From the IMG/VR virus record IMGVR_UViG_3300028840_003366: 64,000 bases of DNA. One strand, 5' to 3'. The stretch's first letter is position 1. The number at the start of each line of letters is the position of its first letter. Shown here one piece after another: positions 17,837-28,060 of this stretch. The notes below the pieces were generated by a model that did not search any database, was not told the origin of the DNA, and saw only the letters and a list, made by a program, of their open reading frames with translations. The DNA comes from an uncultured virus (IMG/VR IMGVR_UViG_3300028840_003366). Lineage: Duplodnaviria; Heunggongvirae; Uroviricota; Caudoviricetes. A program made the translations under genes and the position numbers.

Positions 17837-18040
17837 TCAGGTTGAACAGTTTATATTAGAAACAATACTGATCGTTCTAATCTCACGAATCAACTTATCA
17901 TGATTTTCGCCAATGTGTTTCCAGAGCCTTGGTTCAAGGCGATACCGTTTGCCACAAGCCAAACAATGATAAGGTTTGTCCTTATCATCAATCACAAGGT
18001 CGCTCAACCGTTGAATAATTTCCCATGCTTCCATTTTCAC
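17837..18040 (-). CDS. C2H2-type zinc-finger small protein
   Basis: KPYHCLACGKRY...LWKHIGENH. Confidence 0.55.
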   Translation of the reverse strand: MKMEAWEIIQRLSDLVIDDKDKPYHCLACGKRYRLEPRLWKHIGENHDKLIREIRTISIVSNINCST

Positions 18041-18213
18041 TCTCCTATCTTGCTATAGTCAATATCTAAACACCAACCACTCACCGTGTCAAAATATCTC
18101 AGCTCAATCAACTCCACCTGGTTAGAACCCTCGTTGATTTCAACCTCAATCCCGGAGCAATCTTTTAATGAGATCATTTTCAAATGTTTTGTTTACTTTT
18201 TCATATCTTATCT

Positions 18214-18273
18214 TTCTATAAGTAATATAACATATTTTGATACGAATGTCAACAGAAAAATCGGAAAAATTTT
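18214..18273 (-). promoter_or_regulatory. Strong early sigma70 promoter, copy 1 of an identical 60-bp repeat
   Basis: TTGACA-17bp-TATATT with extended TG and an AT-rich UP region; identical to 54560-54619. Confidence 0.85.
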
Positions 18274-18389
18274 TAGATTTTCAAATCTGCTGAATTTAAG
18301 TAGATAGAGCGGGTTTTCTCGCTGTTTAGAATAACCCATTTTAACAGTCAATTCAACAAAAATTATAATAGAATGAATAGGAGAACCAT

Positions 18390-18584
18390 ATGCCAGAGAA
18401 CACGCCCGTGCATAATATGTTACAGACCGGTCTATGTGATGTCTGTGGACGTGCAGCAGTATATATCAGGATCAATCATACATGGCTGTGTAAAGTTTGT
18501 TTTGAGGAATATCAGAGGAGAAATCAGGATGAAAAAGAACAACCCGAAAGGGAACGGCCCCAGGCGCAAGATCAAGAAAGATGA
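18390..18584 (+). CDS. Small zinc-finger protein
   Basis: AGGAG RBS; CDVC...LCKVC. Confidence 0.55.
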   Translation: MPENTPVHNMLQTGLCDVCGRAAVYIRINHTWLCKVCFEEYQRRNQDEKEQPERERPQAQDQER

Positions 18585-18674
18585 AATGACAAAGCTGGCC
18601 AGACAAGCTCATGGACAGAAGCAAGGCAACACAAGACAGTACCAGGGAAGAGCAAGTAAACCGGAGAAGGCAAA

Positions 18675-18866
18675 ATGAATAAGAAAGGTTGTGTTGAATG
18701 TATAAGATTAAATAACCTTCTTTCAAAACGATTGAATGAGCTGAAGGGACTTAAACAAAAGATCGAAAAGAATCCCAAGCTCCTACTATTCGCCCAAACG
18801 GATACAACAGCACGAATAGCAGAACTGGAAAAGCTCCAAAAGGATGTACAGAATTTCCAGGAATAA
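18675..18866 (+). CDS. Hypothetical coiled-coil protein
   Basis: 63-aa ORF. Confidence 0.45.
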   Translation: MNKKGCVECIRLNNLLSKRLNELKGLKQKIEKNPKLLLFAQTDTTARIAELEKLQKDVQNFQE

Positions 18867-19057
18867 AAAAGCAAGAAAAAAGCACCTGTATCTATACGAA
18901 ATCATAGAAAAACAAACCCCTTTGATAGCATGATATATATAAAAATATATCTTACAGATATATTTTTATACAAAAATTCTCTTGAATCTGAAAGAAAATA
19001 TGTAATAATAATAAAGACGAGATAAGATGTGAGGAAAATGATATGAAATAGGATATA

Positions 19058-19585
19058 GTGATTTTGAAAAAGATCAGGTTGAGAAAACGACATTCAAAAA
19101 CAACGTTAAACTCAACATCTAAAAAGGGAAAACGGGGAAAGAAACGCACTAAATCAGACTGGAATGCAATAGTACGGGCCATGCGTGGAACTGGTGGACA
19201 TATCCGTACAATAGCAAAGAGAATCGGACTTACTCAAACAGCATTATACGAAGCACTAAAAAAAGCTCCTGATTGGGTGTTGGAGGAGTTGAGAATTGAA
19301 CGCCAAATCGTGTTGGATATTGCAGAAGAAACAGTATTGGAAATGACAATGCAACGGCTTCATTTTCCAACAGCCGCCAAGATGGCTACATGGGTATTAC
19401 AACATCATCCTGATGCTGAGAAAAAGGGATACAAAAACCCTCAATTGACCTTAGAAGGTGGGAAGAATCCTCTTAAAATACAGAATGAGGAATTGATTTC
19501 ACTTGATAAACTTAAAAGCATTCCTCTTGATATCAGAAAACAGATGCTTGAAGAGATGGAAAAGGAAGAGGAAAAAAAGGAATGA
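19058..19585 (+). CDS. Terminase small subunit (putative)
   Basis: HTH-like IRTIAKRIGLTQTALYE; directly upstream of and overlapping the large subunit. Confidence 0.65.
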   Translation: MILKKIRLRKRHSKTTLNSTSKKGKRGKKRTKSDWNAIVRAMRGTGGHIRTIAKRIGLTQTALYEALKKAPDWVLEELRIERQIVLDIAEETVLEMTMQRLHFPTAAKMATWVLQHHPDAEKKGYKNPQLTLEGGKNPLKIQNEELISLDKLKSIPLDIRKQMLEEMEKEEEKKE

Positions 19586-21039
19586 CCACGGCTTCCTTTC
19601 CCAAGATCAGCAAGAGACAACTTCAGGCATCCATTCTCCAAGATTCTTTCTTCGATTTCGTAGTGTATTTCTGGGATGTGGTTGTGCCAGAAGAGCCAAT
19701 TTGGAATTGGCACATACCATATATATGTAATGAAATGCAGAAGCTGGCTGAACGGGTCTTTTTATGGAAACCCAAAAAACATAATTTAGTCATAAACGTA
19801 CCACCCGGATCAACCAAGTCTACTATATGCTCCGTGATGTTTCCAGCATGGATTTGGACCAGAATGAAAAGTGCACGAAGCATCTGCGGTTCCTATGCCC
19901 ATGCATTGTCATTGGATTTGAGCCGGAGATGCCGCAATATTCTACGGTCTGAGAAATATCAAGAGCTATTCCCTACGGAGTTTGCTCCAGATCAGGATGT
20001 TAAGGGACATTTTGTCAATATTGATGAGGGATTCAGATATGCAACATCAACAGGAGGTGCAGTAACAGGATATCATGCTCATTTTATTATTATTGACGAC
20101 CCTTTGAATCCATTGGAAGCTGCCAGTGAAGTGGAATTGAAGAATGCAAAAGTATGGATCAGGGAAACACTATCTTCAAGAAAGGTGGATAAGGATGTTA
20201 CTCCAACAGTCCTGATCATGCAAAGACTTCACGAAGATGACCCAACAGCCGATATGCTAAGCCAGAATGACAAGGTGAAGGTGAGACATATCAACTTACC
20301 GGCTGAAGTGGATGAAAAAACAATCAAGACAATCAGACCACGAAGCCTCTGGAGGAAGTACACACCAGACCCAAAAAGGGAAGGGGTGCTGCTTCTGGAT
20401 CCAATACGGCTTTCACGGACTGTATTGGAAGAGGCCAAGGCAAATCTGCTGGAATATGGGTATGCAGGGCAATATCTACAGAGCCCAGTGCCCCCGGAAG
20501 GTGGATTGTTCAAGATCGAAAGAATCCATATAGAGGATGGTGTACCAAACTGCTTGATGAAAGTGAGATTCTGGGACAAGGCAGGAACAGCAGGAGCAGG
20601 AGCTTTCACAGCTGGGATATTAATGGGCCAGGATGAGCAAAACAGATTTTGGATTGATGATGTGATCAGAGTTCAAATGGATTCAGGCGAAAGGGAAAAG
20701 CTGATCAAACAGACAACCCAGTTGGATGGCCCGGACGTGATAGCTGGTGTTGAGCAGGAGCCGGGATCAGGAGGAAAGGAATCTGCTGAGAACACAGTGC
20801 GGAATCTGGCTGGATTCATAACTGAGATCGTACGGCCAACAGGTGACAAGGTAACACGAGCACTTCCATTCTCAGCTCAGGTCAATATTGGTAATGTATA
20901 TATGAGAAAAGCCGAATGGAACAAGGCCTATCTGAATGAACTGATATTGTTTCCAAATAGCAAATACAAGGATCAGGTGGATGCAAGTAGTGGAGCATTC
21001 ACCATCCTGACACAAACTGGCAGAATAGGAGTCTGGTAA
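19582..21039 (+). CDS. terL: Terminase large subunit
   Basis: NVPPGSTKS, IIIDDP, IMQRLHEDD, FWDKA, EQEPGSGGK, DQVDA. Confidence 0.95.
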   Translation: MTTASFPKISKRQLQASILQDSFFDFVVYFWDVVVPEEPIWNWHIPYICNEMQKLAERVFLWKPKKHNLVINVPPGSTKSTICSVMFPAWIWTRMKSARSICGSYAHALSLDLSRRCRNILRSEKYQELFPTEFAPDQDVKGHFVNIDEGFRYATSTGGAVTGYHAHFIIIDDPLNPLEAASEVELKNAKVWIRETLSSRKVDKDVTPTVLIMQRLHEDDPTADMLSQNDKVKVRHINLPAEVDEKTIKTIRPRSLWRKYTPDPKREGVLLLDPIRLSRTVLEEAKANLLEYGYAGQYLQSPVPPEGGLFKIERIHIEDGVPNCLMKVRFWDKAGTAGAGAFTAGILMGQDEQNRFWIDDVIRVQMDSGEREKLIKQTTQLDGPDVIAGVEQEPGSGGKESAENTVRNLAGFITEIVRPTGDKVTRALPFSAQVNIGNVYMRKAEWNKAYLNELILFPNSKYKDQVDASSGAFTILTQTGRIGVW

Positions 21040-22559
21040 TGGCGAAGAAAGTGTTGAAGATTCGTAAAGCTCAAGAAGATAGAGTGACAACCCTGAAGCT
21101 GAATGAGGCTGATCAGGCGAAGGTTCTGGATATGATAAGCAATGCCAGCCTGATGAGAGCAGACTTACTGAGCAAGCTGATTGATAGCCGAAGGGATATT
21201 GATGATGAATGTGGATATCCGAAAACCCTAGACACTCAGCAATACAAGATGATGTACGATAGGGAAGGAATTGCAACACGGGTTGTCAGCATCTTCCCGG
21301 AGGAAAGCTGGGTGAATGATCCAGAAATCTATGAGACAGATGATCCGAAGGAAACAGACTTTGAGGAAGCATGGGTTACACTGGAGCAGGAACGTCAACT
21401 GTATTCCTATATGATGAAGGTTGATGAACTGAGTGGTATAGGACGGTTCGGGATTATGCTGCTGGGGTTTGATGATGGGAAAACGCTGGACCAACCTATT
21501 GAGGGAATTGATGAAAAAGGAATGAAGGTAGGAAATGCAGAACGTCAATTGCTGTTTGTCCGGGTATTCAGCGAATCAGAAGTAAAAATAAAAGGCCTTG
21601 AAAAAGACCCTTCCAATCCACGATTTGGAAAGCCTGTTCTATACAGTGTCAGTTTTGATTCAGTCCAGAAAAGCAGAACCAGTACAGGTGAAATCACGGA
21701 AGTGACTTCTCAGGAACAGTTGGTGCATTGGTCACGAGTCATCCATATTGCCGACAATCGGAAAAGCTCAGAGGTATATGGAACACCAAGGATGCAAACA
21801 CTGTTCAACCGTTTGTATGACTTGAGAAAAATTACAGGTGGTTCGGGAGAGATGTTTTGGAAGGGAGGATTCCCCGGCTACAGTTTTGAGATGGACCCGA
21901 ATGCAAAACCCCTTTCCACAACCCAGTTGGATACATTGAGAGAGAAAATAGCTGATTGGGCGAATGGCTTGCAAAGATATCTAACTGTGCAGGGAGTGAA
22001 GGTCAACAGCCTGAATCCGCAAGTGGCTGATCCAAAAAATCATGTTGAAGTTCAACTGGAGATCATTGCAATTGTACTTGGAATTCCCAAGAGGATATTC
22101 ATGGGAGCTGAACAAGCCAAACTTGCATCAACTCAGGATACAGAAGCATGGAACAAACGGGTTGCCCGGAGGCAGAACAAATATCTTTCACCTTATATCA
22201 TACGACCATTGATAGACAGGTTGATTGCAGTTGGTGTGCTTCCAGAGCCGGAAGAATACAAAATCAAATGGCCTGATCTTGCTGCACCATCCGATCAGGA
22301 CAAGGCTGAAGTGCTTGCTAAGAAGGTTGAAGCATTCAGCAAGTATGTAGCTGGTGATGTTAATGCCTTGATACCTGAAGAAATATTCCTCTCAATGTTT
22401 GTTGGGCTTACTCCTGATGAAGTGAAAGAGATTATGGATGCAGCATTGAAAAGGGAAAAAGAGCTTGAAAGTGAAGCTGCTGAGTTAGAAGAGGAAGAGG
22501 AAGAAACAACTGAAGAGACTGTCATATCTGGTGAAGAGATAGAGGGAGAGGAAGAGTGA
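21039..22559 (+). CDS. Portal protein (DUF1073-like)
   Basis: Follows terL; VHWSRVIH, GIPKRIFMG, YKIKWPDL. Confidence 0.85.
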   Translation: MAKKVLKIRKAQEDRVTTLKLNEADQAKVLDMISNASLMRADLLSKLIDSRRDIDDECGYPKTLDTQQYKMMYDREGIATRVVSIFPEESWVNDPEIYETDDPKETDFEEAWVTLEQERQLYSYMMKVDELSGIGRFGIMLLGFDDGKTLDQPIEGIDEKGMKVGNAERQLLFVRVFSESEVKIKGLEKDPSNPRFGKPVLYSVSFDSVQKSRTSTGEITEVTSQEQLVHWSRVIHIADNRKSSEVYGTPRMQTLFNRLYDLRKITGGSGEMFWKGGFPGYSFEMDPNAKPLSTTQLDTLREKIADWANGLQRYLTVQGVKVNSLNPQVADPKNHVEVQLEIIAIVLGIPKRIFMGAEQAKLASTQDTEAWNKRVARRQNKYLSPYIIRPLIDRLIAVGVLPEPEEYKIKWPDLAAPSDQDKAEVLAKKVEAFSKYVAGDVNALIPEEIFLSMFVGLTPDEVKEIMDAALKREKELESEAAELEEEEEETTEETVISGEEIEGEEE

Positions 22560-22659
22560 TAGACAAATCTGCAGCAGTCCAATACCTCTTCATGGGGATT
22601 GCGTTTGGTATCATTATAACGATGCTGGTTATTGCCTATATTATGCATGAGAAAGACAA

Positions 22660-23691
22660 ATGACAATTCTTCGGTATGACCCAACCCGTACAACCACTCT
22701 CCGCAACCAGTTTTCAAGAGAGATGCGGAGAAGGTTCTATGAAGTGAGAAGTCTAGTTATCAAGGCCATAGTCCAGCAGGATGTATTGGGATTGGATGAA
22801 AGTCAACCGTTGATCCTTCAGCAAATAGTTTCCAACCAGCTTCCGGAGAGACAGGCATGGCGGTTCATGACCAATGAACAGAAACTAACGGCTTTCCGGC
22901 GATGGATAACAACCCAAGTGAATGAAAACATCCTGGTTTCTGATGCAACTGGAAAACCATGGACAGCAAAGTACATTCAATCAGCCTATCGCAAAGGAAT
23001 GATCAGAGCATACAAAGATACCCACAAGGAAGCTCTTGCAGAAACACCAGAATTCTATCGGGGAAGGATGAGTCAGTTTCTTGAATCGTCATTTGCTCAG
23101 GGAGAGAGACTGAGCAAGCTCCAATTCCTTTATACACGATCATTCAATGAGCTGCAAGGTATTACTGATGTGATGTCTCAGCAGATGAACCGGATATTGG
23201 CTAATGGGATTGCTCAGGGACTGAATCCAACCACGATAGCCAGGATGCTGAGCAAGAATATCACTGGGATCACCAGACAACGGGCTTTGACCCTAGCCCG
23301 GACTGAGATCATAGCTGCTCATGCAGATGGTCAGCTGGATAGTTTTGAGGAATTGGGTGTTGAAGAATTGACGGTGATGGCTGAGTGGAGTACGGCTGGA
23401 GATGATTTGGTCTGTCCTCTATGTGCTGAGCTTGAAGGTGCTGTCATGACGATAGAAGAGGCACGGGGATTGATACCACGCCATCCCAATTGCCGGTGCG
23501 CCTGGATACCGGCGAATGTAGGAGAGAGATCAAGAAAGAAATTGGCACGATCTGTCGCAGGGACAGCAGCAAAGATCAAGGCATCATTGAAGAAAGAACT
23601 ACCGAAGAAAACAAGAGCAGGGGAAAAAGTACCCCAAACAGTGGCTGAAGCCAAGCGCAGAAGTACCTGGGCTGGCAAAGAGGAAATATAG
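22660..23691 (+). CDS. Minor head morphogenesis protein (SPP1 gp7/Mu gpF-like)
   Basis: LARTE, WSTAGD..VCPLC, PRHPNCRC. Confidence 0.9.
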   Translation: MTILRYDPTRTTTLRNQFSREMRRRFYEVRSLVIKAIVQQDVLGLDESQPLILQQIVSNQLPERQAWRFMTNEQKLTAFRRWITTQVNENILVSDATGKPWTAKYIQSAYRKGMIRAYKDTHKEALAETPEFYRGRMSQFLESSFAQGERLSKLQFLYTRSFNELQGITDVMSQQMNRILANGIAQGLNPTTIARMLSKNITGITRQRALTLARTEIIAAHADGQLDSFEELGVEELTVMAEWSTAGDDLVCPLCAELEGAVMTIEEARGLIPRHPNCRCAWIPANVGERSRKKLARSVAGTAAKIKASLKKELPKKTRAGEKVPQTVAEAKRRSTWAGKEEI

Positions 23692-23708
23692 TGAAGGAGG
23701 GAAGGTAG

Positions 23709-24104
23709 ATGAGCAAGAGGAAGAAGGCTGGAACACCGTTCAATAATCTGCAGGCATTGGCTGAATGCAAAGAGCATTTTATGTCCCTGTGTAAGATGTA
23801 CGATCATATGGGAAAGCTCTTCGCACTACAGGCCAGGGCAATGACCCATCCAATGGTCAAAAGAACTTCAATACCTCAGACCCAGTTGAGAATTGTGGAA
23901 CAGTTCAATGAGGTGGGAGAGGAGATGAAAAACATTGGAGCATTCCTTGATCTATTGGGAGGGAAACCCGTGATGAAAGCTGAAGAGCCTGAAGCCAAGA
24001 AGGTTGATGTGAAAGTTGAGGAAGAGTCTGAGAAGAAAAAGAAAACCAAGAAAGAGGAGTATGTGAGCAATATAGCTCCTGAGAAGAAAGAAGAAAAGGA
24101 ATGA
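23709..24104 (+). CDS. Hypothetical protein
   Basis: 131-aa ORF with RBS. Confidence 0.55.
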   Translation: MSKRKKAGTPFNNLQALAECKEHFMSLCKMYDHMGKLFALQARAMTHPMVKRTSIPQTQLRIVEQFNEVGEEMKNIGAFLDLLGGKPVMKAEEPEAKKVDVKVEEESEKKKKTKKEEYVSNIAPEKKEEKE

Positions 24105-24316
24105 ACACAGCCGTGAGTTCCAATCCCAGACTATTTACCAGAAACCCAGACGTGCTCAGGAAACAGGAAGAGGAAGTACATTGGGTGAAGGGACTGCTTG
24201 TATCAGCCCAGAAGCGCAGATGGTTTGGAAAGATAACCATTGAAATCAAAGCAGGAATGATTGATTTGGTACGATCTGAAGAGACTTTGAAACCACCCAG
24301 TGATGTGGATGGGTGA
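24101..24316 (+). CDS. Small DUF2292/YezD-like protein
   Basis: WFGKITIEIKAGMIDLVRSEETLK. Confidence 0.55.
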   Translation: MNTAVSSNPRLFTRNPDVLRKQEEEVHWVKGLLVSAQKRRWFGKITIEIKAGMIDLVRSEETLKPPSDVDG

Positions 24317-24334
24317 ATTTTTTTCTATTTTTTC

Positions 24335-24363
24335 TTGACTTTCCTAAAGAAATCAGTAATACT
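24335..24363 (+). promoter_or_regulatory. Putative sigma70 promoter
   Basis: TTGACT-17bp-AATACT. Confidence 0.55.
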
Positions 24364-24394
24364 ATATAGCGAATGTAGGAGCCTTTTGTGAAAA

Positions 24395-24428
24395 GGTCCA
24401 CTTCTTAACAGGAGTGGGCCTTTTTTTT
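24395..24428 (+). terminator. Intrinsic terminator
   Basis: GGTCCACTTC-TTAACA-GGAGTGGGCC stem followed by T8. Confidence 0.8.
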
Positions 24429-24443
24429 ATTGGAGATGCAGGA

Positions 24444-26420
24444 TTGAGGAAAGAAAGCAAATCTAACCTGATACTTAATGAAAGGTTTGCAACTCTTGAT
24501 TCTCCCATCTCCAATAGAGTTGAGAAGCGTGGGGACAGATGGTGTGTCGTTCATGGACACCCAAAGAAAGCCGGATCAAAAACGGATAAGCCAGAAGGCT
24601 CTATTATCAAATGTTTCAGTGGCCCGGATGCCAAAAGCAGAGCACAGGCCATGCACAAGGCCATCATGGCCAACAATGAGGGAGAAGGAAATATGGTGAC
24701 ACTCTTTTCCAATGTGACCCTGAACCTCAAGGCTGACAAAGCCAAGACCAGATACGAAACTCTGGAAGGGAAACAATACCTTGTCGTGCCGTGCGTGATG
24801 CTGACAGAAGGTGTGCACGAAGGCTCTCAAGGTCCACTGTATTATCCAGCCAAAGAGCTGTCCAAGATTCCGGCCATTTGGAATGCCAAGCCCGTAGTTG
24901 TTTATCATCCTCAGATGAATGGTATGAGCATCTCAGCCTGTGACCCGGTCATCTTCGAGAAGCAGAAAATTGGCATCCTCATGAATACCAAATGGGAAGA
25001 TGGCAAGCTCAAAACCGAATGCTGGATTGACGAAGAGAAAACGAAAGCTGTTGATGAGCGTGTTATCAATGCCATCAGTACAGGCCAGATGATGGAAGTG
25101 AGTACAGGACTGTTCACTGATAATGAGCAGACTGAGGGTGAATGGAATGGAGAGAAGTATGAACAGATAGCCAGAAACTACCGGCCTGATCACCTGGCCA
25201 TCCTTCCTGATCTCAAGGGTGCTTGTTCGATTGCTGATGGGGCCGGACTTCTGAGGAATGCTGCGGAGCTTCAGGGAGCTGAGAAGCTGTTGGCTGATAG
25301 CCTTGCAGCCACGTTCAACGAATTGAGCCACAATGATATCTGGGGAAAGATCAATGATAAGATACGAAGTGGCCCTGATTCTGATGCATGGGTCAATGTA
25401 GTTTTTGATTCTTTCTTCATCTATGAAAAAGGCAGTAAGACTTACTATCAAGAATATGAAATTGCTGATGATGAAGTCAAGCTCGTTGGGGTGAGGAAGG
25501 AAGCAGAAAAGATACTACAGTACAAGTTGTCTGATGGCACGATGGTTGGGAATGCAGAGATGAAGACAGAAGGTGGGAGCAAATATCCTGCCTCTGCTTA
25601 TGCCTATGTTCCTGATCCAAAGAAGCCATCTACTTGGAAATTACGTTTGTGGGAGACACCAGAGAAGAAAGAAACAGCTGCTCAAGTAGGAAGAGCTATT
25701 GCTGCGATTGGAAAGGGATTCAGAGGACAAAAGGTCCAACTCCCTGCTTCCGCTGTCAAGGGCGTGAAAGCAAAAATCAGGGCCGCTTGGAAGCGGACCA
25801 ATCCTGACAAAAAGGCAAGTGATATGCCAAGTGTTTTATTGAACATGAAGGAGGATTTTGGCATGAATAAGGAACAGATTGTTGATGGGCTGATTGCGAA
25901 TGAGAAGTCACCCTGGACTGAAGAGGACAGGGAAGGCCTCATGGAGATGGATGTGGAGAAGTTGCAGTGGATAGCCAACCAGGCAAAGGAGCAGACGCCG
26001 CCTGAGTTGAAGAAGGAAGAAACCAAGGTTGCTCCTCCGGCAGAGCCGAAGAAGGAAGAGACCAAGGTTGACGAGCCCACGGGCAACAAGGAAGTAACCA
26101 TGGATGAGTATATTGCCAATGCGCCCGAAGGCATGCGTGATATGCTCGTTGCTGGCATCAAGGCTCACGAAGCTCAGAAGGCTGAGATGATCCAGAAGAT
26201 CACGGCCAATGAGCGCAATGGGTTCAGCGAAGAGCAGCTGAAGGCCAAGGGGCTGGATGAGCTGCGGACGCTGGCAAGACTGGCTGAAGTTCCTGTGACC
26301 CAACCGAAAGCTCCTGCAAAGCCTCTGTTCAATGGACAGGCTGAAGTGACCAATCAGGGGGATAAGAAGGAAGAGCCGCTGGCGGCTCCCACGCTGAATT
26401 TCGAGAAGGCTGAAAAGTAG
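24444..26420 (+). CDS. Prohead protease/scaffold (DUF2213-like) with extra domains
   Basis: PVVVYHP, MEVSTG, DHLAILPDLKGACSIADGAG, coiled C-terminus; start TTG 24444 (GGAG upstream) or ATG 24693. Confidence 0.85.
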   Translation: MRKESKSNLILNERFATLDSPISNRVEKRGDRWCVVHGHPKKAGSKTDKPEGSIIKCFSGPDAKSRAQAMHKAIMANNEGEGNMVTLFSNVTLNLKADKAKTRYETLEGKQYLVVPCVMLTEGVHEGSQGPLYYPAKELSKIPAIWNAKPVVVYHPQMNGMSISACDPVIFEKQKIGILMNTKWEDGKLKTECWIDEEKTKAVDERVINAISTGQMMEVSTGLFTDNEQTEGEWNGEKYEQIARNYRPDHLAILPDLKGACSIADGAGLLRNAAELQGAEKLLADSLAATFNELSHNDIWGKINDKIRSGPDSDAWVNVVFDSFFIYEKGSKTYYQEYEIADDEVKLVGVRKEAEKILQYKLSDGTMVGNAEMKTEGGSKYPASAYAYVPDPKKPSTWKLRLWETPEKKETAAQVGRAIAAIGKGFRGQKVQLPASAVKGVKAKIRAAWKRTNPDKKASDMPSVLLNMKEDFGMNKEQIVDGLIANEKSPWTEEDREGLMEMDVEKLQWIANQAKEQTPPELKKEETKVAPPAEPKKEETKVDEPTGNKEVTMDEYIANAPEGMRDMLVAGIKAHEAQKAEMIQKITANERNGFSEEQLKAKGLDELRTLARLAEVPVTQPKAPAKPLFNGQAEVTNQGDKKEEPLAAPTLNFEKAEK

Positions 26421-26491
26421 GTAGTTTGCCTACAACCGAATGATTCTGAATGAACCATTCTTTTTTATATACTGAGTGAAGGAGAGTTGAA

Positions 26492-26917
26492 ATGAGTACC
26501 GAAAACCGGATTCACCTGATTGGTGATTTTCGTAGAGAAGAAGCACTGGCAGCGGCTGAACTGTATCCTGGCCATCTGGTCGAGTTCACGTCTGCTGGTA
26601 AACTCCAGAAGCATTCTACGGCTGGTGGCGTGGCTGAGCGCATTGTAGCCATAGAAGATGCCCTGCAGGGCAACACCATTAGCACTGCTTATGCGGCTGC
26701 TGCTCTGGTGAGTGCAAATGTGGAGCAGCCGGGGAACCAGGTTCAGATGTTCCTTGCTGCTGGAGCGAATGTAGCCATTGGGGCCAAGCTGGAGAGTGCC
26801 GGTGACGGGACGCTTCAGGCTGTTACGACAGGAACGGTTATCGCCGTTGCTGCAGAAGCAAAAGACCTGAGTGCTTCTGGTGCAGTTGCCACGCTGATGG
26901 CTGTCAGGTTCCTGTAA
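26492..26917 (+). CDS. Head decoration/cement protein
   Basis: Ala/Gly-rich 141 aa between protease and capsid; PGHLVE, LESAGDGTL. Confidence 0.7.
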   Translation: MSTENRIHLIGDFRREEALAAAELYPGHLVEFTSAGKLQKHSTAGGVAERIVAIEDALQGNTISTAYAAAALVSANVEQPGNQVQMFLAAGANVAIGAKLESAGDGTLQAVTTGTVIAVAAEAKDLSASGAVATLMAVRFL

Positions 26918-26984
26918 GCCTTGTCTAAGAAGGCTCCTTATGATGATTGAAAATCTTTTCAAGAGACTATGAAGGAGACATGAG

Positions 26985-28046
26985 ATGGATTTTATTATGA
27001 ACGGACAGGGCCACGGGAACATAGCATCTACCCTGTTGGATGCTGGGATGAATCCCCTTGCACTGCGGCCTTACATTGGTGATGATGATCGTCACTACAT
27101 CACGGTGAATCGTGGTGGGGAACTTCAGGCTGTCCCTCTGGCAAATGCCACGGCCACGCTGAGGAAGGATGACTGGAAAATTCTGGATGCAGCGGTGGTG
27201 AAAGCTGCGCTGCCCAGACTGAAGGCTGTTGCTGATATTCGTGGAATGGGGCTCACCTTCAATATCCCGAACGGGATGGCGAAGACGGTGCTTGAGACTG
27301 AGACCCAGAGCGATATCAATGATGCTGATGTCAGTATGGACGGGCTCAGACAGGGTGAGGCTGACCGTCCGTTGTTTGAGCTGAGCAACCTGCCTCTGCC
27401 GATCATCCACAAGGATTTTGATTTCAGTGCACGGCAGATTGCTGTGAGCCGGAATGGTGGAAGTCCTCTGGATACGACCATGGCTGAGCTGGCTGGCCGC
27501 AAGGTTGCTGAGACAGCTGAAAAGCTGCTCCTTGGTACCTATGGCAGCTACGCCTTTGGTGGTGGCACCATTTATGGGTACACCAACTTCCCCAGCCGCT
27601 TGACCAAGACCATCACGGCTCCGACAGCTGGTGGCTGGACAGGTGCAACCCTGGTGGGTGAAGTCCTGGCTATGATCCTGCAGGCTCAGCAGGCATACCA
27701 CTTTGGTCCGTACAACCTGTATTTCTCACTGCCCTGGACCACGTACCTGGGTGATGACTACAGCACGGCCAAGGGTGACAACACCCTGCGTCAGAGGCTT
27801 GAGGCTATTGACAACATCAATAGCGTCGGTGTTCTGGACTATCTCAGCACGAGCGCATATGTGGTTCTGCTGGTCCAGACAACCTCAGACGTTGTCCGTG
27901 AAGTGATTGGTATGGATATCATCACGGTCCAGTGGGAAACCACGGGTGGGATGCAGTTGAACTTCAAGGTGATGGCCATTATGGTGCCTCAGCTCCGTGC
28001 TGACCAGAATGGCAATACCGGGATTGTTCACGGTACCACGGCCTAG
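26985..28046 (+). CDS. Major capsid protein (HK97 fold, Linocin M18/encapsulin-like)
   Basis: WKILDAAV, PLPIIHKDF..SARQI, LDTT..AGRKVAE, IYGYTNFP; position in head module. Confidence 0.9.
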   Translation: MDFIMNGQGHGNIASTLLDAGMNPLALRPYIGDDDRHYITVNRGGELQAVPLANATATLRKDDWKILDAAVVKAALPRLKAVADIRGMGLTFNIPNGMAKTVLETETQSDINDADVSMDGLRQGEADRPLFELSNLPLPIIHKDFDFSARQIAVSRNGGSPLDTTMAELAGRKVAETAEKLLLGTYGSYAFGGGTIYGYTNFPSRLTKTITAPTAGGWTGATLVGEVLAMILQAQQAYHFGPYNLYFSLPWTTYLGDDYSTAKGDNTLRQRLEAIDNINSVGVLDYLSTSAYVVLLVQTTSDVVREVIGMDIITVQWETTGGMQLNFKVMAIMVPQLRADQNGNTGIVHGTTA

Positions 28047-28060
28047 CGGAAAAGAGAGTG

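Noticed and set aside
17197..17859. 220-aa plus-strand ORF
   Set aside because: Antisense to RBS-bearing early genes and has no recognisable motifs
18870..19055. cos/pac site in the AT-rich gap before the small terminase gene
   Set aside because: Plausible location but no diagnostic sequence; needs read-terminus analysis
24414..24443. GTG start at 24414 for the protease
   Set aside because: It lies inside the terminator stem; TTG 24444 or ATG 24693 have better RBS context
26985..28046. Cellular encapsulin nanocompartment
   Set aside because: It sits in a terminase-portal-protease-tail context, so it is the phage capsid
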